Below, piece by piece: positions 26,080 to 40,400 of a DNA stretch of 64,000 nucleotides (positions are counted from its first letter, which is position 1; every line of letters begins with the position of its first letter). The position numbers were made by a program, and so were the translations under genes. Under the pieces are notes generated by a model. That model saw only the letters and a list, made by a program, of their open reading frames with translations, ran no database searches and had not been told where the DNA came from. Location of the stretch: NCBI GenBank assembly GCA_036172245.1, contig JAYWIR010000003.1, positions 6,262,001 to 6,326,000 of the forward strand, given 5' to 3'. Source of the DNA: Raillietiella orientalis (Eukaryota).

Positions 26080-29000
26080 GTATCCGTTTTGATTAGCTTG
26101 TCGCGAAATTTGCTGGAAGCGGAAGCGCTCGAAGTTTGCTCGAAAACAAAAGCAATGGCAAAGACCCTCCTTTCTGAAAAACTCTGAATCTTCCAGCATT
26201 ACTTGATGATGTTCAGCAGCACTCTAGCCATTCCGTACTTGCTGGCAGACTCTCTTTGCCTAGACGAAGAGGATCCGGTAAGAAGCCACTTGATCTCCAC
26301 CATCTTCTTTGTGTCAGGACTGTGCACTGTGCTGCAGATATCCTTGGGAGTGAGGTCAGTATTCACCCCGTCAGCCGAACTGCCTTGCGCCTTCCATAAG
26401 TCTGCCATTTCTGTTGCGCCGTCCGCCGTTGTCGGAATTTGCTTTGCTTCTTTACTTGTTTTCTGACCCCATTCTACCGACTCGCCGGGTGAGCGTTGCG
26501 ATATTCTCTGGACCAACCGAGCCAGCGCGGTCACCTGGAGGCCCGGTCATGCCTCCAACAATCCTCACGGAATTCCATGCAAAGATGCAAAGATTGCAAT
26601 CATGGCCATGCAAAGGTGACCTCGTGAGCAGGGGCATCGCTTGCCTAGCCGGTAGAAGACGAAGTTCTGAAACTTTGAGGTTCCTCTTGGCGGGATTCCT
26701 CCATCTTACCCGCTGATGACCGCCGCGAGCAGCGAGCAACAGCTGCGACCTCAAAGCAGCAGCAGAGGCTCGCCGACTTGCGATGCACATCTGGGTCACT
26801 GCCGCGAATCTCAGCCCCCCCCCCCCCCATAGGAGAATTGCCTGTTGCCCGGTCCATCGAGCTGGCCTTACAAGAATCGTTCCTGATTCGCGTGCGTCAA
26901 GAAGGAAGACTGAAGATGAAACTCCAGAAGTGAGCCGGAGGTTCAGAAAGCTTTCTGAATCACTTCAGCCAGGGTTGACCGTTCCAGAATAGAATAAGGT
27001 CTTCGGCGAGCAGCATGGCGTGTTCCGCTGACAGAAGGAGTCCTTGCGCTTCTCCGGTTTGGATGCCATCTCTCAAACCCCCTACGAAAGCGTCTTGCGT
27101 CTCGAACTTTCATGCCGGATGCTCTCTGGGAAGGGGAAGATATGTCTTTTCCCGTCTTCTGTGAAAACCTGGACGGGCTATCCTGCTTTCCTGGATTTCC
27201 TCGCACTCTCTCCCTGTGCAATCGGCACACATAGTTCGGAAGAGGACAGAGGGTTGGAAATTTGCATCTACCCTCACTTATTTTCCATAAGTTTTCCTTT
27301 TTCCCAATGGAAGGGACTCAAAGGAAAGAAAGTCTTTCGCGTTGCCCTTTCATCAGGGAAGTTATCTGAAAATTTCAGGGATGGAATTTTTTTCGCAAGA
27401 TTAGTTCGCCCGGGAAATTTTCCCAGGGTCCATCGTCGAGAAAGTATGTCGAGCAGATATCCGTTTCCAGCCCAGCTTGTTAAGATGCAACTCCCGAGGG
27501 GGGACCACGAGGAGGACCCTCCGTGTTTTCATCTGCTGAAGGAGCATCCAGGTCCGAGCAGTTTCGCGGCAAACCGAACCAACTTGAAACCAAAAGTGAT
27601 TCGAATGATAGGAAGGTTGAGCTCGATCGTGACCACGATTGGAATAAGTGTCCATCTTGACCAGAATCTCGTAGCGAATACTAAATATTATGATAGCATT
27701 GATTACGCTCACTGAAAGCAAAGTGCAGGAACCGAAGTACAGTCTCAGGAAGTGTGTATTTGCCGTTGCCAGCGGTGCTTCGATGGTGTCGAGTTGAGAT
27801 TGTACTGCAGAGAGTGATGAAGGCTTAGAGAGCTGCTAACGTGCACTAAGTAAGACGAACATCGGACCATACTTTATTGCGCGATAATGCAATTCATCGA
27901 TGATGTTTACTGTCAACCGTCGAGGGTTCTGGCTATGGAGAGTGATGATTCCAGAAAGCAGCTAGGAAGCTGGAAGAAAGATTTGATGAACTGAGAGGCT
28001 AAGGGAATGATCAAGGGGAACGGATGAGAAGGCTTGGCTCTGGATTCATGGTGGACGAGAGTGCAGAGTGATTAGGCACTGAAGAGTGGTACAAAAGGTC
28101 AACTCTCCTAAAGAAGTTTGCGCCGTGAAAGAAGTTAAACGGCCATCTGAACATCTGCACAGTTCCAAGTCGATCTTTGAAACCCAGTGAAATAAATTAA
28201 GGTACAGCTGCCAATGTATTTGCCATCAGTTATGAATCGAAAGCCATCAGTCTCTGCTGAAGCTCTGCGGTGCGTTGGTTACATGGGATTCGTCTTCAGG
28301 CTTCTCCTATCCGACGGGATGAAGCCAGTGCGAGGGACTGCTTGTCCCACCCACTGGCTTCTTGGCGTCTCTGCGGAAGCTGTTTCCAGGAGTCCGTAAG
28401 CAATCGGAAACCCTTATTATGTGGCTAACGTGGTTGTGGCGATCGCGTGCCGTTCTAGGGATGCGGGTCACTTGGATACATGAGACGGGAATTCTGTGGG
28501 TTCAAATCTGGTTGAACTCATGCGGCACTTTTCATCCTTTGCAGTTTTGCCACCGAAGGGCACTCGTGTTAGCTTACGCAGACGTCCTACTTAGTCACTC
28601 TGTGCACGGAAGCTCCTCCTTTACAGTTAAAGGAAGAGCGGCTCTGGATCTCTCAACAAGTTCAGGTGAGAGGTTTGCTCAGCGTTTCACAGAAATCATC
28701 AGGTGGTTTCGAAACAAGGAGTTTTCTGGTTAACCAGCAGAGGCTCGCAGTCCTGAGGGAAAACCTATTAAAGGCCCCCTCTGATTATGGAAGATCACCT
28801 TCACTTCTTTGCGCTGCTCGCACGGACCTACGAGCGACGAACGAACCAAATGGAATCGCTTTCCCTCGTGAAAGTCGAATTGAAGCGCAACCCTCCTCGT
28901 TTGTAGTTGTTTTCATTCACTGGCTGCTCTGCAGAGCCCCACTTTAAGTGACCCTCTTCGCATGGAAACGTGAATTTTCAAAGTTTCTTGAGCGCCCTGG

Positions 29001-32000
29001 AATGCACTCTCACTTTCCGAGTCTCGAAGAGCTCTACCGCCAAGACGGAATCCGAAGAACTGACCGCAAGACCAACCGCCATGAAAGAAGCACGAAGCCT
29101 AGGAGGTGACCCCTTTTTGTTGCCCCTCAAACTGCAGAATTCCTCGGCGACTATTTTCCGCAAAACGTTGATTCAGGGAGAGGCTCGGCTCACCTCGGGT
29201 GGTTGAACGAACTCGGAAATCTGTCGATCGTGAATTCCTCGTAAGGAAGTTGCTGTTCGTTTGACCCAATTCCTCGCATCCGTGCACTTTCTTAGTCTCA
29301 GTAGTTTCATTTCTGTTCCAGACTCCCGATCATTCAAGGAGGCTCATTCATTTTTCTTATACCAATTTTGGCGATCATTCAGTCAGCGGGTTTGAAGTGC
29401 CCTTCAGCAGAGGAATACCTTCTTCTGAACGCAACGGACAGAGCTGACCTTTGGCAGAGTCCCATGAGAGAAATCCAAGGAGCTCTGATTTCGAGCGGCG
29501 TAATCCAGGCGCTCATAGGCTTCTTCGGTGAGTGTCGATTGGTCCGATCCCTGTTTCATAGGAGACGTGCATTTCCGTCTTCTATACGCAAAGCTATGGA
29601 ACCTTTCCATCTTCCATTTGAGAAAGCGTTTCGGGATGATCCGAAAGTCATTAGTCGATACGCGTATCCTAGGTAACTTTCCGAGCAGAGTATACCGCGG
29701 TGTCAGTGTGTTCAGAACACGGAGAAACTGAGGGCTGAGGTAACGAATGTGATTTGGGTCGTTTCCAAGAGCAGGCGGTCATCGTGGCAAAGTCAGCATG
29801 GAGTTTACAGTTGGTCCGTGCGAAAAGGTGGCGAATGAGAAGTGCCTCGGGCCATCCCCACCTAGAAGATCCTACGCATAAGGAGTCTTTCTCCTGGATG
29901 GCGTAGACTTGCTGGGTTCGTCACTCGCGGATCTCACGAAGAGCTCGTAGGCTCAGAAATCTCCCCCAGCTCTTGTCGAAACTTCCAAGATCTGTATCCA
30001 TGTAATGCAAAAAAATCGTACCCGTAGGGCACTCTTGCTGCTGCAGTTTTCGTTCGAAACGGAGAGACGGAGTGCCATCCTAAACTGGGAGGACACCCTC
30101 ACCTTCCTGGGCACCCGAATGCAGCCTCACTGATTCAGTGCCAATCTTAGTTTGGATGGAGATTCGAATTACCTTACGATGCGCCCTCTGATTGATTTCA
30201 ACAAGCAGGAAGGAGGATTCGAAAGTGGATGTAAGCAAGTTCGGGGGAAGGTCCTGTTGGTCTTCCCTATGGAAAGTTCCAAGAAGCTCAAAAAGAAAAA
30301 CCAAATGCAGGAATGAACGAAGGAATGAAATGGCATTCACTTCACTTTACTGCCGGTTGCAAGCGGAGCCGGCAGTAGAGAGCAGAATGCCAGGACTTCC
30401 ACAGAGTTCCGAATTGCGGGAAACGACTGCGAACCATTCCAAACAAACGAAAACCAGAGGCAGCTGGCTGAAGGACCCCCCCAAGCTGATTCATAATCCG
30501 TTGACGTGATACTCGATTCGCCTTTCCGTCCTTGGTAACTCGGAAACAAGGTGAAACGCTTTGGAGATCCATGAGTGGGATTGAGGAAAAAATGAAGTTC
30601 CTCTCTGGGCTCATTCTTATTGAATCTCCCCTTTCCCACCTTCCGCATCACACATCACTCTTAGCGCTCTCATCCTGAAAAGAGTTCAAGGCGATGAAAA
30701 CAAGGGCTGGCCACGGCTGCATGAGGCGAATGAATAAACGGTGGGTTTGACCAGCGGAAAGAGCTGAGCACACGAGCTGGGCTGTTCCTCTGCTTCATGG
30801 GATGCAGAAGGTGAAGACGCTATGAAACGTTCTCGGAAAAAGGAGTTTCCTGCTTTGCTGGCCATCGGTGCACAAAGTTACAGAAATGCGAATCCAAGCG
30901 GTATATACCCCGACACCAATGCTTCCTTCCAGCGTGATTCCGATGAGAAAACACAAACGCGAGGCTTTCGGCGGCATCCAACTGACACAGAACGGCGCAG
31001 AAATGCATAGCCAACATTTCGTGCACCCTTCCATCGGTGCCAACAAGCAAATGATGGACTGGAACTTCCACTGCTCCCTGACAGCTGACGGTACACCGAG
31101 GAGAAGGAGACGGTGCTCTGTTGACCTTATCTTGGGCGCGAGCGGCATGGAAAATCGGAAACAAGGTCGTTTGCTTTCTTCGTGGGGCGAGGAGGAGCAC
31201 TCCGGTGGAAACCAGTGGCTTGGGTCTCTGCTGGATTGGCCGTGCTCTCCGAAGACGTCAAGCTCGACGCGAGCTCAAAACACTTGCAGCCAAAAAGTGC
31301 TCTCTCTCCACGTGTGTGTGCGTGATGAGAAATTAGGTGGGGATGCGCCACTAATGTGCCACTAAAATCAGGGTGCGTGCGTTCAGTGGAAGCGGCAGCG
31401 AATGAAACGAAGAAAAACCGTGCGCCGAAAAGAAAGAAGTTGGGATTTCGCGTGAGCTGCTGGCACTGATGTTCCCAAGCAAAAGACCCTCTTGTGGATG
31501 ACTCATGGGCTGTTGCAGACAGGGCATCCTCCAAGCTGGGCACAGCTCCTCCCTCCAGCAACGGCGCAGCTCTTCGCTTCTCGATTCGACAGGAGATAAA
31601 AAAAATTTCAGCAGCACCTCAGAGAGTTACTTTGGAGTCCCAAATGCAGAAGCAGACGCCGGTGGTGGAGGTGCGAATAGTTCTGAGGAAGACGTACGGA
31701 AAGCAAGGAGTTGGCTGAACCAATTCAAGAAGGTGAAACAGCAATGAGGAGGGGGAATAGGTATAATCTAGACTGAGCCGAACCAGGAGTGGTCAAAGAA
31801 CGGACTGCTCAAGGCGGTGCTTCAACGCATGAGAAACTCCACTCTTGCAGAGTCAGCTGTGTTTGGGAAAGTGCTCGAGGGCATACTTTGTGGGAGTCTG
31901 TAGCTTGGGCGACAGGATGGGGGATGATTTCGGTTCTACTGCGTAAGAGGCGTGCTAGCACGCAGCTGATGCTGATTCCTCGATCTGGGGGGTCTAATTT

Positions 32001-35000
32001 AGAAGGAGTTTAATCTTCATCACGGACCACTTTGAAAATAAAAATCGCTTCGAGAACATTCGCGGATCTCTTCTCTGCCTTCTAAACAATCGCACAGGAA
32101 CACTTAATTTATCTATCGCTTCCTTCTGAGGCTTTCCAGGAGCTGATCCCTTTTTTTTTTTTTTTTTTTTCAAATTCCTCAAGTGTTACTGCTGGAGGGT
32201 ACTTCAGAAAGGACCTTCCACTCTGCTATTCACTTAACCAGGCACATTTACTCGTCCATGACTCCATAATTAGATAAGCAACCATCTCATCAAATACGCC
32301 ATGCCTTTTTTTTTTTTCTTGATTTTTGTTTTTAATTTTTTTGCGGAAACGGAAGTAAGAAACGACATCAGAAAGTACCCCTCCTTCACCTTTGAAAGTT
32401 ATGAGGCGCACCGGTTGTGCAAGTGGTTCAGATGAAAATTTTTCTTGGTTCTCAAGTGAGATTTTCAACGATAAAAAGGCGCACCGTCGGGCATTTTATA
32501 ACTCGAAACTGTGCTCCCTTCCTCCTTGCTCAGCATCATCTTCAGTCTGACATCCAAAATCGGATCGCTGTTCGCGTGCCTTCCCGAACCTATTCTTCGA
32601 GGGCTCCTCGTTCCTTTATTTGGGGTGATTGCCCCTCTGTATCTGGGACCCCTTTGAATTAAAAAAAAAAAAAATGTAGGTAGTTCATCGATCATTCCAT
32701 GAGAAGCAATAAAAAGAATCCCCCTTTTTTGGGGGGGATATCTGCTACTTCTTGCATCTCCCGTGGTGAGTGAACGAACCCTTCAACTTTTGCAGGAATC
32801 AGCGGAGTCATGTTGAAGTTTCTGACACCTCTGACTATCGTTCCGACGATCAGCCTTATAGGAATTTCCCTGTCTCCACTTGCTGCGAATACTTCAGCGA
32901 AGCACTGGGGAATATCGTTGCTGTAAGACGCAAAATTTTGGAGAGAAGTGTCAGTTTACATCCTTAGGACGCTCCTGATCGTGGTTTTTTGCTCCCAGTA
33001 TCTCCGGAACGTCAAAGTTCCCATCCCCACCTTTGAGAAGGGCCGGAAGTGTGGTTTCACGAAAATCAAAGCATTCCAGCTGTTTGCGGTACGTATAAAG
33101 CCAAATGCCTGCTCCAATGCCCAATACAAACAATCCAAGAGGAATGGAAAACAGTGCGAAACCAAACCAAAACAGCCGAAAAGTCATCGAGGGTTAATGT
33201 GTGTTGAGCGCGAGATAGTGCTGAGGTCGCGACCTGAATCGGACATCAACAGCAGCCGCGTGCGCATTTCGCAAAAATGCACAAGCAGAAATGAAAACCA
33301 AGCAAATAAATCACCCCATCGAATCATCGACGCACCCAGGTCAAATCGCTTCAGAAGAACGTCCTCCGGGCGATGCACGCCCGTCACGCGGCTGGGATGA
33401 CTGTCCTTTTTGGTTGGAAGATTGCCGTAACAGCGAGCGACCTCTGAGCGTCTGATCCAACGCAGAGCACTGAGCATTCATTCTACGAGTTCGCTCCAAA
33501 CATTCTCCTTGCGAATCTGAAACCTTAGATCCTTGGCTTCCGAAAAGCAAATTCTCCTTGGCCTCGAATTCCCACTGGACATTCGCGCGAAGTGGAAAAA
33601 GGTCCATGCCATTGCAGGTACGACGCGGCATCGTACACACGAATGCCGTACGCAGACACGAAATTTTACAAAGATACCCCATAGGCATGTCGGCATGCTC
33701 AACGGTTCCTCTTTGGAGTCCCCCGAGAAGTATGTTCTTTCTTTTAGGACAGTTGCAACTCCATTAGAAAACATCCTCTTGGCAGCGTCGAAAGTACGGA
33801 TCTATCGCTTTCCGATGATCCATCATTTTCCTTTTCTTGGAAAGAAGAACAAATGTCCTGTAACGATGCTTCCATGATTTTCAAATCCACTTTCAGATAC
33901 TGATTGCAGTGACAATATCTTGGGGACTTTGCTGCATACTCACCTTCTATGAAATGGCACCTCCAGATAGTTACATAAGGACAGACAGACGCATTAATGT
34001 TGTCTACAACACTCCTTGGTTCCGTGTGCCTTACCCTGGTGAGTTCCTCTTCCGGATTCACTGTCTGCGATGACTCACGTGTATTCAGGGCAATTCGGAG
34101 CTCCCACTTTCCGGTGGGGTTCTGCGATAGGAGTCCTTTCCACTGTAATAGCTGGAACCATCGAATCTGTGGGAGATTACTATTTGTGTGCCAAACTCTC
34201 AGGTATGAGCCAGCGCTTCTAAAGTCGTCCCATCGTCATCCTCTCTTGTTGACGTGTTGTGTTCCACTCAGTCTCATGTGGACGCGCGCGCACCTCCATC
34301 TCCTTGCGTGAATCACGTTCCCGTCGGCAGGAGTAAGCAATCACAGATTTCATGGGTCTTCGTTTGCCCTGTTGTGCTCCTAGAGGAGTTTCCAATGCCG
34401 ATAGGCAGAACCAGGCCCATGACAACCTGAGTTATGTGGGATCTCTTTGATAGCTGCAGGCTACGGTACCGGATTCCCATTCGCGAGGATCCAACAGCTG
34501 TACAAGCAAAATGAGAAGCAGTTCCTTAATGCCAGATAGTGGCTGGATTCTGGATTGAAGGTGGCTAATTACTTGGGCCGACTATAATGGCCTCAATCTG
34601 AAGCGCTGCCCAAATGGATAGCAGCTGAAAAAATTACCTTGCTGTCGACTCAGACGTACAGATGAATTTTCGGTCCGAACCGATCTGTTCGAACAGATCT
34701 CCGGAGTAGCACTTCACCCATCAGGCCGTGCTGGCCTTTGCGAAGCACACCATGGTGTGCTTGCCCAGCGGTTTGCAGCCCACCGTCTCCCAGAACAGCT
34801 TCGAATGACTGCTTATGAAGTTGGCGACAGACGCTCGAAAATGCCATCCCTTTTTTGAACGTCGATTCGCAGCACCCCAGATGTTTCCGAATCTTTGCTG
34901 AGAAAAACGAAACGCAAGCACGCCGCTCTGTGGCAGTTGACCAGCACAAGTACTCAGACGGAAGCCATTCTGATTGGTATGTAATGAGAAAAGACCTCTT

Positions 35001-37392
35001 TACCGAGCTCATCGTGCTAAACGACACATGAGCGCAAGTTCCGCCATTTCTCTTGCTGAGGGCATTCAGCAAGCACATGAGATGATGATTTATCTAAGAC
35101 GGCTACTGCCGGTGGCCACATGGTCGAAAGAAAACAGATTCCTTCAGGTTAAGTTTCTCTCTTTCCGTGAAGAAGAAAGGCTTCGGCGTCTTGGTCAAGA
35201 CCCCAAGCAAGAACTCATTTCGGTCAGTCCAATGCACCCTCTAATAGGCATGCTTTGAGCTGACCCTGACAAGGTCGAAACCAGACCGTTGTGCTCATCC
35301 TAAATGTTTGCGGCTCTTTTGAAAAAAAAAAAAAAATACAAGAAGAAAGCTTCTGCAGATCTGTGAATCCCCTCGATGTGCTCTCGCAGCTTTCGAAATT
35401 TCAGCATGCGCTTCCTTCCGGTTTTGCGTTTTCCCAACTCGCTGATTCAAAAAAGATGCACTTCGGGTGCGAATGGCGTGAGAGCCAGGGAGAACCTTCC
35501 CGATTTCCGGAATGAACTGGAGATTGTCCCAAGAGCTGGAAGATCACTGGACAGGGACAGACTTGCAGAACTTTAAATCCATTCGGCTTTTCATTTCACA
35601 GCGAAATGCGAGTAAACCCCGGAAAGACTGTGTTCGAAGTGCGCGACACGATTTCTCCCGTGCAAGTTCTTTACGAGTCACCCGTGCCTGAGCTTTGCAA
35701 GTTGCTGACCTCCCCAAGGTTTTTTTTTTTTTTTTCCTCCTAACACGGATCTGTAGATCGTTGCTCTCCATATAACTGTACTAAGGAGGAGAGCCCTATG
35801 TTGCTCTAAATCTCCAAGAAATGCTCCCGAAATTCCATCCGAAACCCCTTTCCGTAACAGTTGCTTTTCAGGTGCTCCCTGTCCACCAACACATGCAATC
35901 AACAGAGGAATAGGGATCGAGGGAATCGGCAGCATCCTTTGTGGTTTGTTTGGAACTGGAACGGGAACGATAAGTTACAGCCAGAACATCAGCGCCATCA
36001 GCTTGCTGAGGGTACGCGGTGCTTGAGGGCCGCTCAGTTGGGGAGCGGGGAAATGCCGGTTCATTGACACGGTGTATTTGCCTGAATGATCTCTAATGAT
36101 TGATGACAGGGACTTGAAACCATGACGCACTACACTGTCTTTCGTGAAACTGGCGTAGTCCTGTTCGTTCGACTGACGGTGACTCCTTTGCCTCTCTGGT
36201 TCACGGGACCTTGTGTTTGATGTCACGTGCACTCTCCCTGAGAAATGATTCAAATCCTAATCAAAGAATTTCAGGTCGGCAGCAGACGTGTGTTCTACTG
36301 CAGCTCATTGCTCATGATCCTCTTCAGTCTGACATCCAAAGTAGGATCGCTGTTCGTGTGTCTTCCGGAACCTATTCTTGGAGGACTCCTCTTTCCCTTA
36401 TTCGGGATGATTGCTTCTGTAGGTAAGTCTTTTTGTATCTGGGACCCCTTTGAATTGAGGAGAAAGAAAAAAAAATGAGTCACCTTGTCGATCCTTTAAC
36501 GGATACACCCGCTGAAGAAAGTATTCTCTATGCCTTCTTCAATTCAAACCACTGGATCGGTCCTGCAACCTATCGACCATTCTCGTTTACCGTTTCCTCC
36601 GGTGCCTTTTTTGCTCAAAGCAAAACACAGGAAATGCTCAGCACGCTCAAATATTATATAAGCACAGCCTCTTGTTTTTTGCATGGGAACGAGTGGTGGT
36701 CTCTCGGTGTGATTTTTCCACGTACCAATGCAGCAAAAGCAACGGAGATGCGGAAATATGCGATTCATCACTCCTAAATTCGCTTAAAAGAAAAGCCGTA
36801 ATAAAATGGTGCCCTCACTATGCATCGCATTACAAAAGAAGCACCGACTTTCGTATCCTTCCCATTGCGAGATCCTTCCCATTGCGTGATCTTCCCTTCT
36901 TTGGATTCTAACCGTTTTGAGTAATCACTACTCAATGGGAAATGGGAGACCAGTCTTATTGGTCCATCGGTGCCAATTCATCTCCAGAACCAAAGTAAAC
37001 ATTCCTGCATCCTGTGGAATCTGCTTCTCTGGCGACCCATGCAGCAGTGCGCTGTTTCTAATTTAGTTGGGTGACTTCTCCAGTAGAGATTGGATTATGC
37101 AGAAATCAGAGTTAATGGAGGGAAGCGGAGAGCAATCGATCCTCAAACGGATGAGATACGGGTGCGCTTTTTTTTCCCTTCCTTTTAAGCATTCGTTTAT
37201 CACTAGAAAGACAGTGATGCCACTGAGATTCTTATTTTCTTTTCACGATTATCTTGTAAGCAATGCATGGGAAAAAAGCGGTTTTGCGATGAACCAAGAA
37301 GCCATTTCGAGTGAACTAATAGGATAACTTCAGATTTGGGTCTCGTGGTCATCGACGTATTACCAAAGTTCGAGAACGTTGGGGGGGGGGAA

Positions 37393-37428
<36 letters not shown>

Positions 37429-40400
37429 AGCTCGCCTTTTTGGAGTTTGTACCCCAACTTTCCGGTTACCGTGTTGCTCCGCCAGCCCTGCAATGAAATG
37501 TCCCTCGTAACTTTTGCTTTGCATGGCCGCATTCGCAGCGCTCCCAATGTACAGTACGCCTCTGAAGCAACTCGTGTACACTCGTGTTCTCGCGTGGCAC
37601 ACGGCCAGCCTTTACCAGTTTCGCATCGACTAAAAATTCCAAACCTGATCGCCGCTGGAGTCTACCAGGAGAATCCTCCGCTGCTTTAGTGAGGGACCCC
37701 TCTCCTCTCGTCCCACTTGTGCACCCTCGAACTTTCAATCTGACAGTACCTTCCTCTAAGAACTCCCCGCAGCCGTCCATCGAACATTTGCGGAGATTCT
37801 CCCGTGCTATCAGGTGGAACCTCCTCGGTTCGGTCTTATTCAGCAGCTCTTCTCTGGCTGCCCTTTGTGCCACCACCTCGGAATGAAAGCAAACACTTCA
37901 GAGAGAAACGTGTGATTGGCTGCTCGAACCGTGCGATGGGGATTGTGCTCAAAAAGGGTTCCATGTATTCCAGGGATATCCTACTTGCAATTCGTGGACA
38001 TGAATTCTCCGAGGAACTTGTTCGTTTTGGGAGTTTCCATAACGGTAGGATTGGTAAGGATGTTTCGATGTTATCCATTCTTGATGGGTGTCTTTGGCAA
38101 AGAATCAGTTTCAAAACGTTAAACGAAAAGCACCATAAAGTTGCTAAACAGCTTTCGTGGTAGATCTTTTCGGGTGGGAACGCAGCAGCAGCTTCCAAAT
38201 GCAATGAAATCTTCATAATATGTGACGGTTTCAGAAAAAAAAAAAAAAAAAAAATCAGATCCATTTCGGTAGCATTCAAAGAAATCTTTGATCGAATGGG
38301 ACTAAAAACGACACGAGAAGTCTTACAAGACTTCTTGTCTGTTCATTTTGTAATCAGCAGTTTCAGTGGATAACCTCACATGGGCACATACTTTCAGCAT
38401 TCGGATTCACATTGAGGACCTTGATGTACATTTTGACTGCCTTTCAGTCCTTTCAGTCGCGGGAATCGATTTTTCATCAGACGAAAGATACAAGGAGCTT
38501 TCGATTTCACAATTATAGGGTGTAGGCTTTGCAGTAGTCAAACTAATAACTCCTTCAAGGGAAAGCTTAATAGTTGGGTTCGCTGTTAAAAAGTGAAATT
38601 ATCTTTCTCCAGAACATAATAGTTATTACAATTACAATTACCCTCTGGGTAAAGTGCTGCTGCTGGGTAGTGCTGAGCTTTAGCTTGATCAGGTCCAAAC
38701 ACGATACTGTTTATCTATATCTTTCTATTCCTTTTGTCTTTTCTAGAAAAGCATGTTGCTGATAGGTAATTTCGACAAACAAAAAAAAATAAATGGAACC
38801 AAATCGAGTTCCCATCGAAGCTAAATAACGGAGCATGTGATGACGTCATTATTTTCGAGTCATAGCATCCTTGAGATGACTGCTAACTCATACAGCCTAA
38901 TATACTGAGTTTGTTATCCCATTTGCGTGCTACCTTGGACACATAATTTAGATTATAACCGTTCTCTATAATGAAGATCAAAAAAGTACCTATGATTATC
39001 TGAGATTTGAGATGCAGCTCTTAGAACAGTTCAAGTAGTTTAGGATCTGTGAAAAATGGGTCTTTTTCTACCACGAATTCAACACACTAGAAAGATTAAA
39101 AGCAAACGCAAGTATGGGATCATTCATAAGCAATATCCTTTAGAAAACTATACAGCCATAAAGAAGCAGACAAAATTTTTACTTGTTTTATGGTTATCAC
39201 GTCGATGTGCTGGACAGTGCCCACTGAGAAATCATTCTCAGTAGTCAGTGAACCAGTCATCACCTTTGGCCCCTTCCCAAACGGGAACCCCACAGATCGG
39301 GAATTTGTGAGTGAGAAGGAATGACTAACGTCGATGCTTTCATTTGAATTGCAGTCAGGAAAGGTCTCGAACAAAGTGGATGAAGGTCTCCTTCCGTTTC
39401 TTCACCTAATGCCCCCAACTCTTTTGCATCCTTCACTTCCCGATCCCGGACTCGAGTCCGGTAAACCTAATACTTAGAGGAAATCCAGGGAACTGTTCGC
39501 AAGCAGTTTCTCGAGTTTTCGAAATGGCGGTATTATACTTGCGTTGTCCTCATTGATCAATTTGACCTCCTAAGAAACGAATTGTGCTCTCTGAGCACAT
39601 TAAGGAAATTTGATTTCCGAGCTTTGTGCTTACTTTAAAGCTGGGAATATGCATTCTGATGCGCTTTCTCTCCTCACTACCAAACTGTTGCCACGTAAAC
39701 ACACGCACACTTGCTGTGGGTTGATGGGGTTTACCCCTGCTGAAATTGTTGCATACTGAACGAGCAACTCTGCAATTCACCTGTTAAAAAACGGGTTATG
39801 AGATCCACAAGAGTTCTAATGTTCTGCTGTGAGACCGGCTGCTGGGAATAATTTAGTGTACAGTGGCGTCATATGTTAGTAGAATTCAGAAGAGATATCG
39901 AACAGGAAAGAAAAAGCGGAAACGGATGCTGACCATGAAACATTGGCATGGATCGCGGTCCATACGAAAGTGAAAACATATGCTAAAACAAGATTCAAAG
40001 AATTCATTTCCATAGACCACAGGGACCACCACGTGCTCATGTGCCAAGGCAGAATCATGTTTCATGAGGGTATTCAAGGAAGTCATTTCCATGGACCACA
40101 GGGACCACCACGTGTTCGCAAAGCAGCAGACATGGTTTGCAGGGTTTCATTTTTAAGCTGCAAATTCTGATGGCACGTTAGCGGAAATTCATATCATACA
40201 CACTGCAAAAAGTATTAGAGAATAAATTAAAGTTGCAAAAACGACCAAAATGTCCTTAGCCGACTAGAAAGTACTCCCATGGAACAAAGTACATGGATGG
40301 AAAGTGTCCATTAGTTACGGAAGGCACATGCAATTAGAGATTTCTATTACTATATGTATGTTCCGTGGAATCTGTTTTCCTTAGTTTGCTCGAACTTTTT

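Noticed and set aside
27600..28200. Possible CR1/L2-like LINE 3' remnant in SLC23 intron 2
   Set aside because: Motif similarity is too weak to support without an HMM search.
38800..39800. Possible Tc1/mariner transposase relic on the minus strand
   Set aside because: Only faint resemblance (for example GPKVM), with no intact DDE/D motif and no matching TIR pair found.
39993..40114. CRISPR-like repeat-spacer-repeat
   Set aside because: Only two units, intronic eukaryotic context, no cas genes, and the spacer derives from adjacent DNA.
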